A DNA stretch of 64,000 bases, taken from positions 335,192-399,191 of the forward strand of contig CAWGNJ010000002.1 of NCBI GenBank assembly GCA_963823915.1. Direction: 5' to 3'. The notes beneath the pieces are model-generated. The model was not told the DNA's origin and searched no databases. It saw only the letters and a program-made list of their open reading frames with translations. Below, piece after piece: positions 18,628-30,853 of this stretch (position 1 is the first letter of the stretch; every line of letters starts with the position of its first letter). The DNA comes from an uncultured Actinomycetota bacterium (GTDB lineage Bacteria; Actinomycetota; Acidimicrobiia; Spongiisociales; UBA4744). Both the position numbers and the translations under genes were made by a program.

Positions 18628-19485
18628 TTATTTCCTCCTGCGCCGCTTGCGCTTCTTCTCTGAAACCGGCTGCGATTGCGGCTTCCGTGGCAATTCCTCG
18701 GGGTCCGGATCTGGCTCCCGCGGAGCCGGCGTCGGACGACCATCGATCCTGAAGATCAAGGCTTGTTGACCGATCCGGAAGACGTTGGCCGTAACAAAAT
18801 ACATGTTCAATCCGGCCGGGAACGAATAGGCGAAGAAACCAAACATCAACGGCATGATCTTCGTCACCATTTGCATCTGTTTCGCCTGAGCACTGTCCTG
18901 TTTCTGACCTCGCGTCGTCTGCCATTGCTGGAAATAGGCGGTCCCCAGGACGACCAGGACGACCAAGATGTAGGGGAGCGCCGTTCCGAAGTCGAAACCA
19001 GTTTCGGCAGTAATCACCTCACTTGGAGAGATACTGAGATCCATTCCGAGGAACGTCCCCTCGGTGCCTTTGCTCAAGACATCGTAAAGTTTGGAAGTTT
19101 CTGGAATAAACGATTCTGCGCCCTCTTTGCTGCTGTTGGCGTTGAGGGGATCCCTCAGGAGCCGAAACAAGCCGAACCAAATGGGCATCTGGATCAACAT
19201 AGGAAACAAACATCCAGCCGGATTGACGCCCTTTTCCTTGTAGAGCGCCATCATTTCCTTCTGAAGTGTTTCCTGGTCGTCCTTGTACTTCTTCTGCAGC
19301 TTCTTGACTTCGGGTTGAATCTCCGTCATCGCCCTGGTCGAGCGAGTCTGCTTGAGCGTCAGCGGGAACATCAGAACGTTGACGACCAATGTCAGGAAAA
19401 TTATGGCAAGTCCGTAGTTGGGGATGAGTTCGTAAAAGAACGTCATCGGAACCGCGATGATCCTGGCCAGTGTGTCGAGCATCAA
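18628..19485 (-). CDS. yidC: membrane protein insertase YidC
   Basis: 285 aa and multi-TM, with ...[23 protein letters not shown]...[17 protein letters not shown]. It is in the conserved rnpA-yidD-yidC-jag order. Confidence 0.9.
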   Translation of the reverse strand: MMLDTLARIIAVPMTFFYELIPNYGLAIIFLTLVVNVLMFPLTLKQTRSTRAMTEIQPEVKKLQKKYKDDQETLQKEMMALYKEKGVNPAGCLFPMLIQMPIWFGLFRLLRDPLNANSSKEGAESFIPETSKLYDVLSKGTEGTFLGMDLSISPSEVITAETGFDFGTALPYILVVLVVLGTAYFQQWQTTRGQKQDSAQAKQMQMVTKIMPLMFGFFAYSFPAGLNMYFVTANVFRIGQQALIFRIDGRPTPAPREPDPDPEELPRKPQSQPVSEKKRKRRRRK

Positions 19486-19745
19486 ATGTCTTTCTTGGAG
19501 GTAGCCGGCACCGGGTCATACCCACCCTCAGCGAGAGGATGGCACCGGCCTATTCGCTTCATCCCCATCCATGTTCCGCGCAATAATCCAAAACGGCCAA
19601 TCGCCTCGTACGCGTACTGAGAACAAGTGGGGGAGTAGCGGCAGTTCTTGCCCATCGAAGGCGAGAAGGCCTTCTGATAGGCGCGGATGAAGGAGCGCCC
19701 CACCAGGGCCGCCGGCCCCGGTCGTTTCGCCTCAAGATCAGGCAT
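19482..19745 (-). CDS. yidD: membrane protein insertion efficiency factor YidD
   Basis: [52 protein letters not shown]. The start is placed at MPDLEAK. Confidence 0.8.
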   Translation of the reverse strand: MPDLEAKRPGPAALVGRSFIRAYQKAFSPSMGKNCRYSPTCSQYAYEAIGRFGLLRGTWMGMKRIGRCHPLAEGGYDPVPATSKKDI

Positions 19746-20103
19746 CCGATATCTCCTCATCAACCGCTCTTCGCAACCATTCTTCGACGTCATCAAACGG
19801 TGCAGTCAGCACCCTTTTCGAGGCAATGACCACATAGTCGTGACCACTCCGCAGGGGAACACTCTCCAGCGCCTCGCGGAGGCGGCGTTTCGCACGATTG
19901 CGTTGCACGGCGCCGCCAACTTTCTTGGCTCCTGCCACCACGCCTACGCGCGGCAACCCGGGAGCACCCGATGCAACGATAACGACCACTCCGCCACTAC
20001 GACGGCGCTTCCCTGTTCGAAAGACTCGCTGGAAGGCGGTCCGACCACGAAGTGAGGCAAACCGCCGGCCTCTAGGCGGAGATTCGCTGCCGGCCTTTGC
20101 CAC
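19738..20103 (-). CDS. rnpA: ribonuclease P protein component
   Basis: 121 aa and basic, with [25 protein letters not shown]...[11 protein letters not shown]. The longest ORF overlaps the end of rpmH by 32 nt, so the start is uncertain. Confidence 0.85.
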   Translation of the reverse strand: MAKAGSESPPRGRRFASLRGRTAFQRVFRTGKRRRSGGVVVIVASGAPGLPRVGVVAGAKKVGGAVQRNRAKRRLREALESVPLRSGHDYVVIASKRVLTAPFDDVEEWLRRAVDEEISDA

Positions 20104-20206
20104 GCCGACGCCTCAGGATGGCACGTCCGGAACGGGTTCGCATCCGGGCGCGAAAACCATGCTTTCTTTTGCGTCGCCGAACATTGGGTTGGTAGGTACG
20201 TTTCAT
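20072..20206 (-). CDS. rpmH: 50S ribosomal protein L34
   Basis: My translation is [44 protein letters not shown]. At 44 aa it is below the ORF-track cutoff. Confidence 0.95.
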   Translation of the reverse strand: MKRTYQPNVRRRKRKHGFRARMRTRSGRAILRRRRGKGRQRISA

Positions 20207-20720
20207 CGGGACCCCGATTTCGAATATTCAGGTGGACAAAAAGGTTACAGCGGGTCCAACGCTTGTCAAAGGCGATTCCTCGATCCAACGACTCCGCTCC
20301 ACCACCTGGGGACGGGTTGGGCGCCCTGGTCACTACGAGACCACGAGGATCCTCAGCTCAATAAGCCTTGTCTGTCGGAGTTCTTCTGCTGCTCCGGGCA
20401 GTGATCCGACGACCACCACCGGTCACTGCGCGAAGATTTTCCCAAGGACGCGAAAAGCTCTCTTGAGGGGTTTGGGGGATCGGCCGGGCAATCCTGACCC
20501 ATCCCCGGCCGGGGAAAACCTCTCGCAAGCTGGGCAAACTCTTTCCGTCACTGCGTCGGAAAAGCTCTCCGGGCCGGGTTTTCACGATCTTGTGGCCTAC
20601 CTGGCGAGGTCATATACTCGCTAACCGCCGGACGCTCTCGAAATGGCTCCACTTCCCCCGGATGTTGCCCATCTGGTTGTGCGCCGCTTCGTCGTGACCG
20701 GGCCGATGGACAGGGTTTTT

Positions 20721-20753
20721 TTCTCCACATACTGTGGACAGACCTGTGGATAG
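20721..20753. promoter_or_regulatory. cluster of three DnaA-box-like 9-mers upstream of dnaA
   Basis: ttctccaca (20721-20729), tgtggacag (20733-20741, reverse complement cTGTCCACA) and tgtggatag (20745-20753, reverse complement cTATCCACA), compared with the consensus TT(G/A)TCCACA. A further box, ggtggacaaa, lies at 20230-20239. Confidence 0.6.
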
Positions 20754-20793
20754 GGTTTATTGAACGCAAACGTAGTGACTCGGGAGGGGACAC

Positions 20794-22161
20794 GTGGCGG
20801 AACCTCAGTCGCTGACGGGGGAAGTGGATTACTTCAGAAGCGCGGTGCAAGCCCGCGTCAGTCCCGTCAACTGGCAAACCTGGCTTGCTCCACTAGGAGT
20901 GCGGTCGAACGATGGATCGATCAGCATCACCGCACCCAGTGAATTCCATCTTCGTTGGGTGCGCGAGAAACATCTGGGCGTCCTTGCCGAAGCGGCCGAG
21001 GCTACGTTTGGACCAGCCAGCGAACTCGTCTTTGAGATCGACATAACCGACGCGATCGACGACATCGACCTCGAAGAGGAAGAAGAAGTTCCTCCGGTGC
21101 TCGTCGGCGACCCTGCTCCCGAGCGGACCGAGGCAGGACGTCGCCTGCAGGCGAAATACACCTTCGAGAATTTCGTCGTCGGCCAATCGAATCGGTTTGC
21201 CCATGCCGCGGCCATGGCAGTCGCCGAACAACCCGGCGGTCATTACAACCCCCTCTTCATCTACGGAGGCGCTGGTTTGGGGAAGACCCACCTCCTCCAC
21301 GCCGTTGGCCACCATGCACTGGAGCTTCGCCCGGGAGCCCTGGTCCGCTATGTCTCCTCGGAGAACTTCTTCAATGAGTTCATCGATGGGATCCGTAAAA
21401 AGCGAATGGACCAGTTCAAGGCTCGGTACCGCACTACCGATGTGTTGCTCCTCGACGACGTTCAGTTCTTCGAGAGGAAAGAGCAAATCCTCGAAGAGTT
21501 CTTTCACACCTTCAATGATTTGTACGAATCGGGAAAACAGATGGTCATCAGTTCTGACCGTCACCCAAAACACCTCGCCACCTTGGAGGATCGTCTCCGC
21601 AGTCGCTTTGAGTGGGGTCTGCTCACCGACATTCAGCCGCCCGACGTCGAGACCCGCATCGCCATCCTCCGCAAGAACGCCGAGTTCGCTCCCAAGCGGG
21701 TTGGTGAAGATGTGCTGCACTTCATTGCTGAGAACGTCCAGGACAATATTCGAGAACTCGAAGGGGCGCTCACCCGGGTAACGGCCTACGCCGCGCTGAC
21801 CAACCAGAGCATCACTCTTGATATGGCCCAAGACGTTTTGCAGGATCTGGTGCCCTCCTCGTCTCAACGGCCGATTTCCGCAGAGGACATCCTGGTTGCC
21901 ACAGCCGCGGCCTACGGGTTCTCGGCCGACGATCTGCGGAGTCCCAGCCGGCGTCAGCCGCTGGTGCTTTCCCGCCAAGTTGCCATGTACCTCTGCCGGG
22001 AGCAGACCGACCTTTCGCTACCCAAAATCGGTGCGATGTTCGGCGGCCGGGACCACACCACAGTCATGCATGCCATCGACAAGGTGAAACGTCTGCTCCT
22101 CACCGATCACCAGGTCTTTGAGAGGGTCACAGCCCTTTCCCAACAGCTGAGGAAAACGTGA
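20794..22161 (+). CDS. dnaA: chromosomal replication initiator DnaA
   Basis: 455 aa with a GTG start. The AAA+ Walker A is [13 protein letters not shown], Walker B is LLLDDVQF, and the C-terminal DNA-binding domain reads ...[15 protein letters not shown]. Confidence 0.97.
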   Translation: MAEPQSLTGEVDYFRSAVQARVSPVNWQTWLAPLGVRSNDGSISITAPSEFHLRWVREKHLGVLAEAAEATFGPASELVFEIDITDAIDDIDLEEEEEVPPVLVGDPAPERTEAGRRLQAKYTFENFVVGQSNRFAHAAAMAVAEQPGGHYNPLFIYGGAGLGKTHLLHAVGHHALELRPGALVRYVSSENFFNEFIDGIRKKRMDQFKARYRTTDVLLLDDVQFFERKEQILEEFFHTFNDLYESGKQMVISSDRHPKHLATLEDRLRSRFEWGLLTDIQPPDVETRIAILRKNAEFAPKRVGEDVLHFIAENVQDNIRELEGALTRVTAYAALTNQSITLDMAQDVLQDLVPSSSQRPISAEDILVATAAAYGFSADDLRSPSRRQPLVLSRQVAMYLCREQTDLSLPKIGAMFGGRDHTTVMHAIDKVKRLLLTDHQVFERVTALSQQLRKT

Positions 22162-22348
22162 CGTTGTCCACATGCCTACCCGCCATTCTGGGCACCCCGT
22201 GGAATACTCACAAGATGCCCCCAGGGCTTGTGGATGGGTCAAAGGTGTCTTCACCAGCCCTTTTGCAGGGTTCTCCCCAATCCACAACGCCTACTACTGC
22301 TACTACCGTTTGAACTTAAATACATAGATACAGAAGGGATGGGACAAC
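22162..22348. other. oriC: candidate oriC core (dnaA-dnaN intergenic region) with DnaA boxes and an AT-rich stretch
   Basis: A perfect TTGTCCACA lies at 22164-22172, tgtggatgg at 22229-22237, and caatccaca at ~22278-22286. An AT-rich run, gtttgaacttaaatacatagatacagaa, lies at 22308-22335 in otherwise GC-rich DNA. Confidence 0.6.
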
Positions 22349-23436
22349 TTGCGGATACGAGCTGAACGAGACGACCTGGCCGATGTCTTCTCGAGGGCCA
22401 ATCGAGGGGTCGGGGCGCGTCCTGCCCAGGCCATCCTGCAAGGCGTCCTGTGTGAAGTCCAGGGCCCCAATTTGAGGGTGACAGGCACCGACCTCGAGAT
22501 GACTGTGCGCACTACCACGGAGGTCGAAGTGTTGGAGGAAGGGTCGGTTGTTATTCCGGCTCGACTAGCCGCTGAAGCCATCCGGAAGATGCCAGTGGGG
22601 GCAGTGACGTTGACCTCCGGTGATGGAGAAGTCGAGATCATGGGCGCGGGACCTCGTTTCAGCCTTCGAGAACTGCCCGTCGACGAGTTTCCCCACCTCG
22701 GAGAGGTCGATTTGGGCGGTTCCGTTGAAGCGCGATGGAGATGAGTTGGCCGCCGCGATAGCCCAGGCCACGGTGGGAGCTTCGGTCGACTCAGCTCGTC
22801 CGATACTCACCGGTGTGTTGTTCGAGACGGACGACGAAGGTGTCAGGTTGGTCGCTACGGATTCCTACCGTCTGGCAGTGCGGAAGTTGCCCGGCGTCTC
22901 CTTGCCAGAGTCGGGGTTGGTTCCGGCATCGCGGGCTGAGGGAGCTGAGCCGGACTGTCGGGTCCGCGAAGATGCAGTTCTCGATGCAGCAACGGGAAGC
23001 AGTCTTTGGTTCCGACCGGGGATCTTTGACCTTGCGGCTGATCGAGGGGACGTTCCCCAATTACCGCCAGTTGCTTCCCGAGTCGTACCCGAACCGCGTC
23101 GTGGTGACGAAGGAAGGCTTGCTCGAGGCCCTCGGGCGCGCCTCGCTGGTCGCGGAAGACCACATTCCTGTTCGACTCCGTTTGATGGAAGGCGGAGTCG
23201 AGGTGACCGTGACGCGCCAAGACGTTGGTGGAGAGACCGAACATATCCCCGGCGAATATCAGGGGGAGGCCGACGAAGTGATGATCGCCTTCAATCCGCG
23301 GTATCTGACCGATGGGGTGTCGGCGATCGAATCGGAAGAGGTTCAGATCGAGGTGACAGATGGGCTCAAGCCGAGTGTCATCAGAGGCGTCGATGATGAT
23401 CGGTTCACCTACCTGTTGATGCCCGTCCGAATCTGA
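22349..23436 (+). CDS. dnaN: DNA polymerase III beta sliding clamp, with 2 frame breaks (~22730 and ~22925)
   Basis: Three colinear ORF pieces in three frames (22349..22744, 22620..23396 and 22813..23436). They read MRIRAERDDLADVFSRA..., ...ARPILTGVLFETDDEGVRLVATDSYRLAVRKLP... and ...LIEGTFPNYRQLLP...FNPRYLTDGV...YLLMPVRI. Confidence 0.9.
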
Positions 23437-24535
23437 ATGGAATTTTCATGGCTCGAGCTGAGGGATTTTCGCTCGTACCGTGGACTCCGGATAGAGCCTG
23501 ACCCGGGCATCAACGTGCTCGTCGGACCAAACGGTGCAGGCAAAACCAACCTGCTCGAAGCGGCTGCCTATCTGACTTCTCTCCGCTCGTTCCGCGGAGC
23601 CCCCGACGAAGCCTTGATTAATGATGACGCCGGAAGCAGCCGTCGTGCGCGGTGAAGTCAACCACCTGGAAAGCGCTTCTCTCATCGAGGCCGAATTGCC
23701 GCGAAGCGGCAGGCGGCGGATCGGGTGAATGGTCAACGGCCGGCCCGGTCTACCGACCTTCTTGGTCATGTGAGAGGGGTCGTCTTTCTTCCCGACGACC
23801 TCGACATCATCAAGCGTGGTCCGGCCTACCGGACGAGATTTCCTTGACGCGGTTCCGTCCAGTTCTGGCCCGGCGCCTACCTGGACCAGCAAGAGTTCGA
23901 ACGCGCCCTCCGCCAGCGAAATACGTTGCTTCGCCAAGCCGGACGGGAGGTGGATGAAGCCAACGCTGTCCGTCTGGGATCAACGTCTGTCAGAGGCAGC
24001 AGGCAAACTGATGGTTCGGAGGGCGCGGCGCGTCAGCCACCCTGCGAGAGAAGATCGCAGAAACCTACGACAGCTTGACCAGGGCCACGACCGTGGTGGA
24101 GATGCGTTACGCGTCAAAATGGGGAGGGTCGTTGGAGGAACGCAACCCGGAGACAGTAACGAGGGCGCTCGCCGAGGCGCTGCTCGGAAGTCGACGGGCG
24201 GATACCGAGCGGAGAGTGACCACGATGGGACCACATCGAGACGAGCCCTGGTTCACGGTAGAACGGGCGCGATGCCCGGACCAGGGCCAGCCAGGGAGAG
24301 CAACGGACGCTGGCCTTGAGCCTGCGTCTGGCCTCCCACCAGGCGGTGAGCGAAGCGACCGGGGAAGCGCCCTTGTTGCTCCTCGATGACGTGTTCTCCG
24401 AATTGGATATGGCAAGGGCCAACGCTCTGGCCGGACATGTTGCCCGAGGCACAGACTTTCATTACAACCGCCCGGGAGGAAGAGGTGCCGGTCCACGGAC
24501 GAACGTTCATGGTCCAACCGGGGAGAATCACATGA
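23437..24535 (+). CDS. recF: DNA replication/repair protein RecF, with at least 7 frame breaks
   Basis: The N-terminus reads MEFSWLELRDFRSYRGLRIEPDPGINVLVGPNGAGKTNLLEAAAYL. Later pieces in other frames read VVFLPDDLDIIKRGPAYRR, FERALRQRNTLLRQ, SVWDQRLSEAAGKLM, GPHRDE, SQGEQRTLALSLRLASHQ and LLLLDDVFSELD. The end reads QTFITTAREEEVP...VQPGRIT*. Confidence 0.85.
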
Positions 24536-24828
24536 GCAGGCTGGAAGCGATGGAGGGACTGGTCGCCAAAGCGTTGAGGAACCTCGGGATCGAGCGACTC
24601 GACGTCACGCTGACGCCTGGTCGAGGAATGGGAGACTCTCGTCCCCGAGCCGTGGCGCTCGCAGGCGAGCCCCTTGTTGTTGAAGGGAGGAGAACTCCTC
24701 GTCGAGGCCAAGTCACCCAGGTGGTGAGCCTCTTGCGATATGCCGTCGGCAATCTCCTGAGGGCCCTTGACGAGAGGTTCGGAGGAGGCCGTGGTGGGTT
24801 CCGTCCGAATCCAAGCCCCACCCCCTGA
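24532..24828 (+). CDS. DUF721 (DciA-like) protein, with 2 frame breaks (~24613 and ~24718)
   Basis: The ATG overlaps the recF stop (ATGA). The frames piece together as MSRLEAMEGLVAKALRNLGIERLDVTLT / LVEEWETLVPEPWRSQASPLLLKGGELLVEAKSP / VVSLLRYAVGNLLRALDERFGGG. The position between recF and gyrB matches actinobacterial Rv0004-type genes. Confidence 0.6.
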   Translation: MSRLEAMEGLVAKALRNLGIERLDVTLTPGRGMGDSRPRAVALAGEPLVVEGRRTPRRGQVTQVVSLLRYAVGNLLRALDERFGGGRGGFRPNPSPTP

Positions 24829-25009
24829 GAGACCACCCACCTGAAGGTGGTGAGTGGTTTGAAAAGGCCCGAAATTGTTGATGATTCTGCAGGTTGAGAG
24901 CTTGGGTATACCTCCACGAAAGGGTATACTTACATTCGTGTAAACATGGCTCTGGCGGGACTCGTCGGGTGGTTTCGCTTTCGGGCCATTTCTTCTTTGA
25001 AGGAGCTTT

Positions 25010-26934
25010 GTGAGTACAGCGAATCGCGCCTCTGAGAGTTACGGGGCCGCCGATATCACCGTCCTCGAAGGCCTCGAGGCCGTCCGTCGCCGTCCGGGCA
25101 TGTATATCGGATCGACCGGACCGCGCGGGCTTCACCATCTCTTGTGGGAGGTGGTCGACAATGCGGTCGACGAAGCGATGGCCGGCTTCTGTACCCGGAT
25201 AGATGTGACGATCCGCCCGGACGAAAGCGTTCGGGTGAGCGACAACGGTCGAGGGATACCGGTCGACAAACACAAGAAGACCAAAGAGTCGGCACTCACC
25301 ACGGTGCTCACCACCTTGCACGCCGGCGGGAAATTCGAGGCCGGGGCCTACCAGGTATCCGGCGGTTTGCACGGTGTCGGCGTTTCGGTGGTCAACGCTC
25401 TTTCTGCCCGTCTCGAGGCGGAGATCGTCAGAGACGGATTCCACTGGTCTCAGGTATTTGAAGAGGGCCGGCCCATCGGGGCGGTGAAGAAGGGCAAGCC
25501 GGCCAAACGGACCGGTACGACCATCACTTATTGGCCCTCACCGAAGACCTTCACCGAGTCGGTTTCCCTCGATCTCAGCACGGTGATCTCCCGATTGCGC
25601 GAGATGGCTTTCCTCAACCGCGGGCTTGGAGATTCGGCTGGTCGACCAACGCGGGGAGCAACCGGTCGAAGAGACCTTTCAGTACAAGGGTGGACTGATC
25701 GACTACATCAAGCACCTGAATGCCTCCAAGGAACCGCTTCATCCCCATGTGATCTACTTCGATGACCAATCCGAGGACGCCGAAGTCGAAGTCGCCTTGC
25801 AGTGGACTTCCTCCTACACCGAAACGGTGCTGAGTTTCGCCAACAACATCAATACCCATGAGGGAGGCACCCACGAGGAAGGATTCCGCAAATCGTTGAC
25901 CAGAGCAATCAACGATTTCGCCCGGTCAAAAGGGCTGCTCAAGGAGAAAGACGACAACCTGACCGGGGAGGACGTCCGGGAAGGGTTGACCGCGGTGGTA
26001 TCGGTCAAAGTGCGATCTCCCCAATTTGAGGGACAGACGAAAACCAAGCTGGGTAATACCGAGATCCGTGGCTACGTCGAGAAGACGCTCAATCGACTCC
26101 TCCCCGAATGGTTGGAGCGATATGCCGGCGAGGGGCGGGCCATCGCCGACAAGAGCCTCCTGGCCTCCCGGGCGAGATTGGCTGCTCGCAAAGCAAGAGA
26201 GTTGACCCGGCGCAAGAGCATGCTCGAGTCGGCCAGCCTGCCCGGCAAGCTCGCCGACTGTTCGTCTCGGGACGCTTCGGTGAGCGAATTGTTCATCGTC
26301 GAGGGCGATAGTGCCGCCGGTCCCGCCAAACAGGGCCGAAATAGCGAGACTCAGGCGATCCTGCCCATTCGTGGCAAGATCATCAATGTCGAGAAGGCCC
26401 GGCTGGCCAAGGCGCTGCAAAACACCGAAATCCAGTCGCTGATCACCGCCATCGGCACCAGTATCGGCGAGGAGTTCGACCTCGAGAAGGCCCGGTACCA
26501 CAAGGTGGTGTTGCTCACCGACGCCGACGTCGATGGTGCGCATATCCGCACGCTGCTTGCTCACGTTCTTCTTCCGTCACATGAGGCCGCTCATCGAGGC
26601 CGGGTATGTGTATTTCGCCCAACCCCCGCTGTATCGGGTCAAAGCCGGCAAGGACGTCCACTACCTCTCCTCCGATGACGAACTGGACCAGCTCAGGGAG
26701 GAACTCAACGGCCGGAAGCTCGACGTCAGCCGGTTCAAAGGATTGGGCGAGATGAATGCTTCCGAACTTCGAGACACCTCGATGGATCCTGCTCTGCGGC
26801 ACCTGGTCAAGGTCGAATTGGAAGATGCGGCGCTGTCGGAGGAGGTCTTCTCCACGTTGATGGGCGACGATGTCGCTTCTCGCAAGCAGTTCATCCAGCG
26901 CAACGCCAAGGACGTCCGGTTCCTCGACGTCTGA
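25010..26934 (+). CDS. gyrB: DNA gyrase subunit B, with 2 frame breaks (~25625 and ~26555)
   Basis: [25 protein letters not shown]...[17 protein letters not shown]; [10 protein letters not shown]-type EGDSA; [14 protein letters not shown]; [16 protein letters not shown] then [23 protein letters not shown]. The pieces lie in three frames (ORFs 25010.., 25626.. and 26533..). Confidence 0.95.
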
Positions 26935-26949
26935 TAGGGAGAAAGACAC

Positions 26950-29401
26950 ATGGTCGACGAACGCACCTATGAAGAGAACAACATCGTGGTCGATATCAAC
27001 GACGAGGTCAAGAAGTCGTTCCTCGACTATGCGATGTCGGTCATCGTTTCGCGGGCCCTCCCCGACGTTCGGGACGGATTGAAGCCTGTGCAACGACGGA
27101 TCGTCTACGCGATGTTCGAGGCCGGGATGCGCCCGGGGACCAGCTTCCGCAAGTGCGCGACCGTAGTCGGCAACGTCATGGGCAGCTACCACCCGCACGG
27201 CAATGATGCCATTTACGACGCCCTGGTTCGGCTCGGGACAGGATTTCAGCTCCCGATATCCCCTGATTTCGCCCCAGGGCAACTTCGGCACCATCGACGA
27301 TCCGCCGGCGGCCATGCGTTACACCGAGAGCCGGCTGTCGCCTATCGCCATGCATCTCCTGGAAGGCATCCGGGAGGACACCGTCGACTTCCAGGACAAC
27401 TACAGCGGCGAGTCGTCCGAGCCGATCGTGCTGCCGGCCCGGTACCCGAATCTGCTGGCCAACGGCGCTACCGGGATCGCGGTCGGCATGGCGACCAACA
27501 TCCCTCCCCACAACCTGGGCGAAGTGATTGATGCTGTGATCTTTGCCATCGAGAATCCCGACGCTCCCATCGAGGATTATCTCAAGATCATCAAAGGTCC
27601 CGACTTCCCAACCGGCGGCTTACCTGGTTGGAACCAGGGGCATCCGCGAGGCTCTCACCACCGGCCGGGGATCGGTGAAGATGCGGGCCGTCACGGACGT
27701 GCAAGAGATCCGCAAGGGCCGCACGGCCATCATTGTGACCGAGCTTCCTTATCAGGTCTCCCAGGATCGGGTGCTCGCCAAGATCGCCGACCTGGTCCAT
27801 GAAAAGAAGATTGCCGGGATTGCCGACCTGCGCAACGAGAGCTCCGCCCGGCTCGGGAACCCGGCTGGTAATCGAGCTCAAACGGGAAGCCGTTCCCCAG
27901 GTGGTGCTCAATCAACTCTTCAAGATGACCCAGCTGCAGGAGACCTTTGGGGTCAACGCCGTTGCCCTGGTCGACGGGGTTCCTCGAACTCTCAATATCG
28001 CCGAGATGGTCGGGTACTACATCGACCACCAGATGGAGGTAGTCGAGCGACGTACGCTCATCGACTCAAGGATGCCAAAGCCAAGGCCCACATCCTCGAA
28101 GGACTGATCATCGCGGTCGACAATATCGACGAAGTAGTCCAGATCATCCGCTCGTCCGAAGACACTCCGACCGCCAAGGCAGCGTTTGATCGAGCGGTTT
28201 GGCCTTTCGGAGATCCAGGCCAACGCCATCTTGGAGATGCCCCTCCGCCGCCTGACTGCCCTGGAAACCGGCAAGCTTGCGTGAGGATCTCCAGCAACTG
28301 AAGGACCTCATTGCCGAACTCGAGGCGATCCTGGCCGATCCTGCTCGCCGGCGAGCCATCATCGTCGAGGAGTTGACCGAGATCCGGGACAAGTTCGCCG
28401 ACGAGCGGCGCAGCAGGATCATCCCGGATGAGGGAGACCTCTCTCTCGAAGACCTCATCGCCGACGACGAACTGGTCGTCACGGTGTCCGCCAACGGATA
28501 TCTCAAGTCGGTTGCAGGCGAGCACCTACCGGACGCAAGGCCGAGGGGGTCGAGGAGTCAAGGCGGCGTCGCTCCACGAGGACGACGTCGTCAACAAGCT
28601 CGTGCACACGACGGCTCATGCCTACCTGTTGTTCTTCACGAATCAGGGCAAGGTTCACCGGATCAAAGCCCACGAAATCCCCCGCAAGGACCGAACCGCC
28701 AAGGGGGTTTTGGCTCAATCGGTGCTCCCGCTCGAGCCGGAAGAGCGTATCGAGGCGGTGATCGATACCCGAAATTACGAGACCTCCCGCTACCTGGTGA
28801 TGGTGACCAAGCAGGGCCTGGTCAAGAAGACGCCCGTTCAGCGACTACGACTCTCGGAACGCCACTCTGGTCGCCATCAATCTGGTCGACGGCGACGAGT
28901 TGGTGGCGGTGCGCACCACCAACGGCGAGAACGACATGCTGGTGTTCACCGGAAATGGGTCAAGGGATCCGTTTCTCGGAGAAGGACCTTCGCCCGATGG
29001 GCCGTGCCACCCGTGGCGTTCGAGGCATCAAGCTCCGTGAGGGCGATCGGGTAATCGGGAGCTGCCTCGAGTGCCGATGGCGAGCAGGTTCTGGTGCATC
29101 ACCTCAGGCGGCTACGGAAAGCGCGTCAGAATGAGCGGATTTCCTAATCAGCGGACGGGGCGGTCTGGGCGTCAAGGCCATCAAGCTGACCAGGGTGCGG
29201 GGAACCCTCGTCGGTGCCCGGGCGATCCTCGATGGCGCGAACATCTTCGTGATTTCCTCTGATGGGGTGGTCATCCGGACCGAGACGAACCAGATCAGCC
29301 GGCAGAAGCGGGAAGCCAGCGGTGTCAAGGTCATGAACATGCCTGCCGGTACGACTATCTCCGCCTTTGCCCCGATCCCGGTTGAGGAAGACGAGGACTG
29401 A
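26950..29401 (+). CDS. gyrA: DNA gyrase subunit A, with about 12 frame breaks
   Basis: [30 protein letters not shown]...[17 protein letters not shown] traced the rest through 13 colinear segments in alternating frames, for example [91 protein letters not shown] and [20 protein letters not shown]. Confidence 0.95.
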
Positions 29402-29501
29402 ATGCGGGAACCAGTCGGCCCGGGCGATCGTTGGGTTGGGGGACTGATCACCGGGGTTACCAAGGTAGGGCGTTACACTCGCCCCACGAGGAGCTGAGGC
29501 T

Positions 29502-30031
29502 ATGGCATCCGTGCGACGAGTACGCAGGGTCATACGAAAATTCGATCCGTGGACCGTATTGAAGGTCTCGATCGTCTTCTATGCGGTGATGGCCGTCGCC
29601 TTCGTCTTGGGTCTGGTGATTCTGTGGGCGGTAGTCAACAACGCCGGGATTCCTCAGGCGATCGAGGAATTCGGCAAAAAGATCACGCTGCTCGAGGCGG
29701 ACGCGGAGTTGTTCGCCGACGGCGAGCGATATCTGCGGGTCGCGGTGTTCCTCGGGGTCGTGTGGACGGTGCTGATGACCGGGCTCACGACCCTGGCCGC
29801 CTGATGTACAACCTCATCTCCGACATCGTGGGTGGCATCGAGGTGGTCGTCCTCGAGGAGACGCTCAACGCTCCTCAGGCCGTTCAGCCGGGGGTCCGGA
29901 TTCCCCGTAGCTGGCAGACGACGACCCCACCGCCTCCCTCGGTCCCTTCCGCCGCAGGTGGATCTTCCCACCGAGGAGGTGTCGCTCACCGAGACGGGGT
30001 GGAGGCGATTTCGAGGTCCGACGGCTCGTAG
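29502..30031 (+). CDS. DUF3566-type transmembrane protein conserved downstream of gyrA, with a frame break near 29800; the end is uncertain
   Basis: RRVIRKFDPWTVLKVSIVFYAVMAVAFVLGLVILWAV... continues in another frame as ...MYNLISDIVGGIEVVVLEE. Confidence 0.55.
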
Positions 30032-30090
30032 CGCTCCGCTTCGCTCGGCGGTTGTCAGGCACTCGGCACGACTCGACTCAGCGAGCTCGC

Positions 30091-30853
30091 CTACTGTCGC
30101 TCCACGAAGGTGGCAACCGTCCAGGCCGGCACGAAGGGCAATGTCGAGGTACGCCGGAAGGCCGCCGTTGGGTAGTGCACGTCCGATCGGGAACGCCCCG
30201 GTTCCTGCCGCCAGGGCGGCCGCGGCCAGAGCGATACCCGCTAGGAAGAGGCTGTCGTCGGCGACTCCGATCGTGCGGACCTCTACTCCCTCTGGTGTTG
30301 CTGCCGTGACTCGGGCGACCAGCCCGGTCCAGGGTCCTTCGAACGGTGCTGCCAGAAACAGTGTCCCGGTGGCGCCTCCGGCCAAACGTTCCGTCCTTCG
30401 TGGGCCCACAGGTTCCCTACGGGTTGAGGAAACATCAGCGGTCGGCCACGTCGCAACGGGTTTCCGGTTGCGGTCCACCCGACCACGACTTCCAGTGGAC
30501 TTCCGTAGCGGGCGCACGTCGTCAGCTGCCAGGCACGCGGCCAGGCCGAGCCTGCTGGTTGGCACCCGACGACGACCGGAATGTCGGGTTCGGCACGGAA
30601 CGGACAACCTCGTCGGCGGGCAAACGAGGGGGATGCCATGGTCTGATGCCTGGCGGTAACGGAGGTCCAGTTGCTCGGGGTCGTCGATGGCCAGAACATC
30701 CCACCCGGCGAGATTGGTGATGGTGCTCACCCGGGGGTCGCCCGACGTGGATCGACGGCCGATCAGACCGAGGGCCTCCACCGACCGTTCGGCCAGCAGC
30801 ACCCGGGCGGCCCGCGACCCGATCTTTCCGGTGGCGTCGAGAGCGATCTTCAT
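30091..30853 (-). CDS. hypothetical protein with an N-terminal NAD(P)-binding-like motif; several frame breaks
   Basis: MKIALDATGKIGSRAARVLLAE... (in ORF 29654..30964). The probable true C-terminus, ...AGLDGVATFVERQ*, is in a shifted frame. The length is not divisible by 3. The family is not recognised. Confidence 0.35.

Noticed and set aside
17687-18925. Full 412-aa ORF as the jag gene
   Set aside because: Its first 100 codons overlap the 3' end of yidC in another frame and have no protein-like features. A GTG with an aggagg Shine-Dalgarno 2 nt after the yidC stop gives the expected Jag_N start (VEWVEVKGPS…).
20893-21978. 361-aa ORF antisense to dnaA (with similar cases at 18676..19620 antisense to yidC, 11836..12852 antisense to the anti-sigma gene, and 29832..30659 and 24713..25444)
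   Set aside because: These are typical high-GC antisense open frames: Arg/Gly/Pro-rich with no motifs. In each case the opposite strand carries a clearly identifiable conserved gene.
26950-29401. gyrA (and gyrB, dnaN, recF) as genuine pseudogenes
   Set aside because: These genes are essential and single-copy in this syntenic block. The encoded peptide segments remain fully conserved in character between breaks. This pattern fits indel errors, not decay; there are no in-frame nonsense accumulations or deletions.
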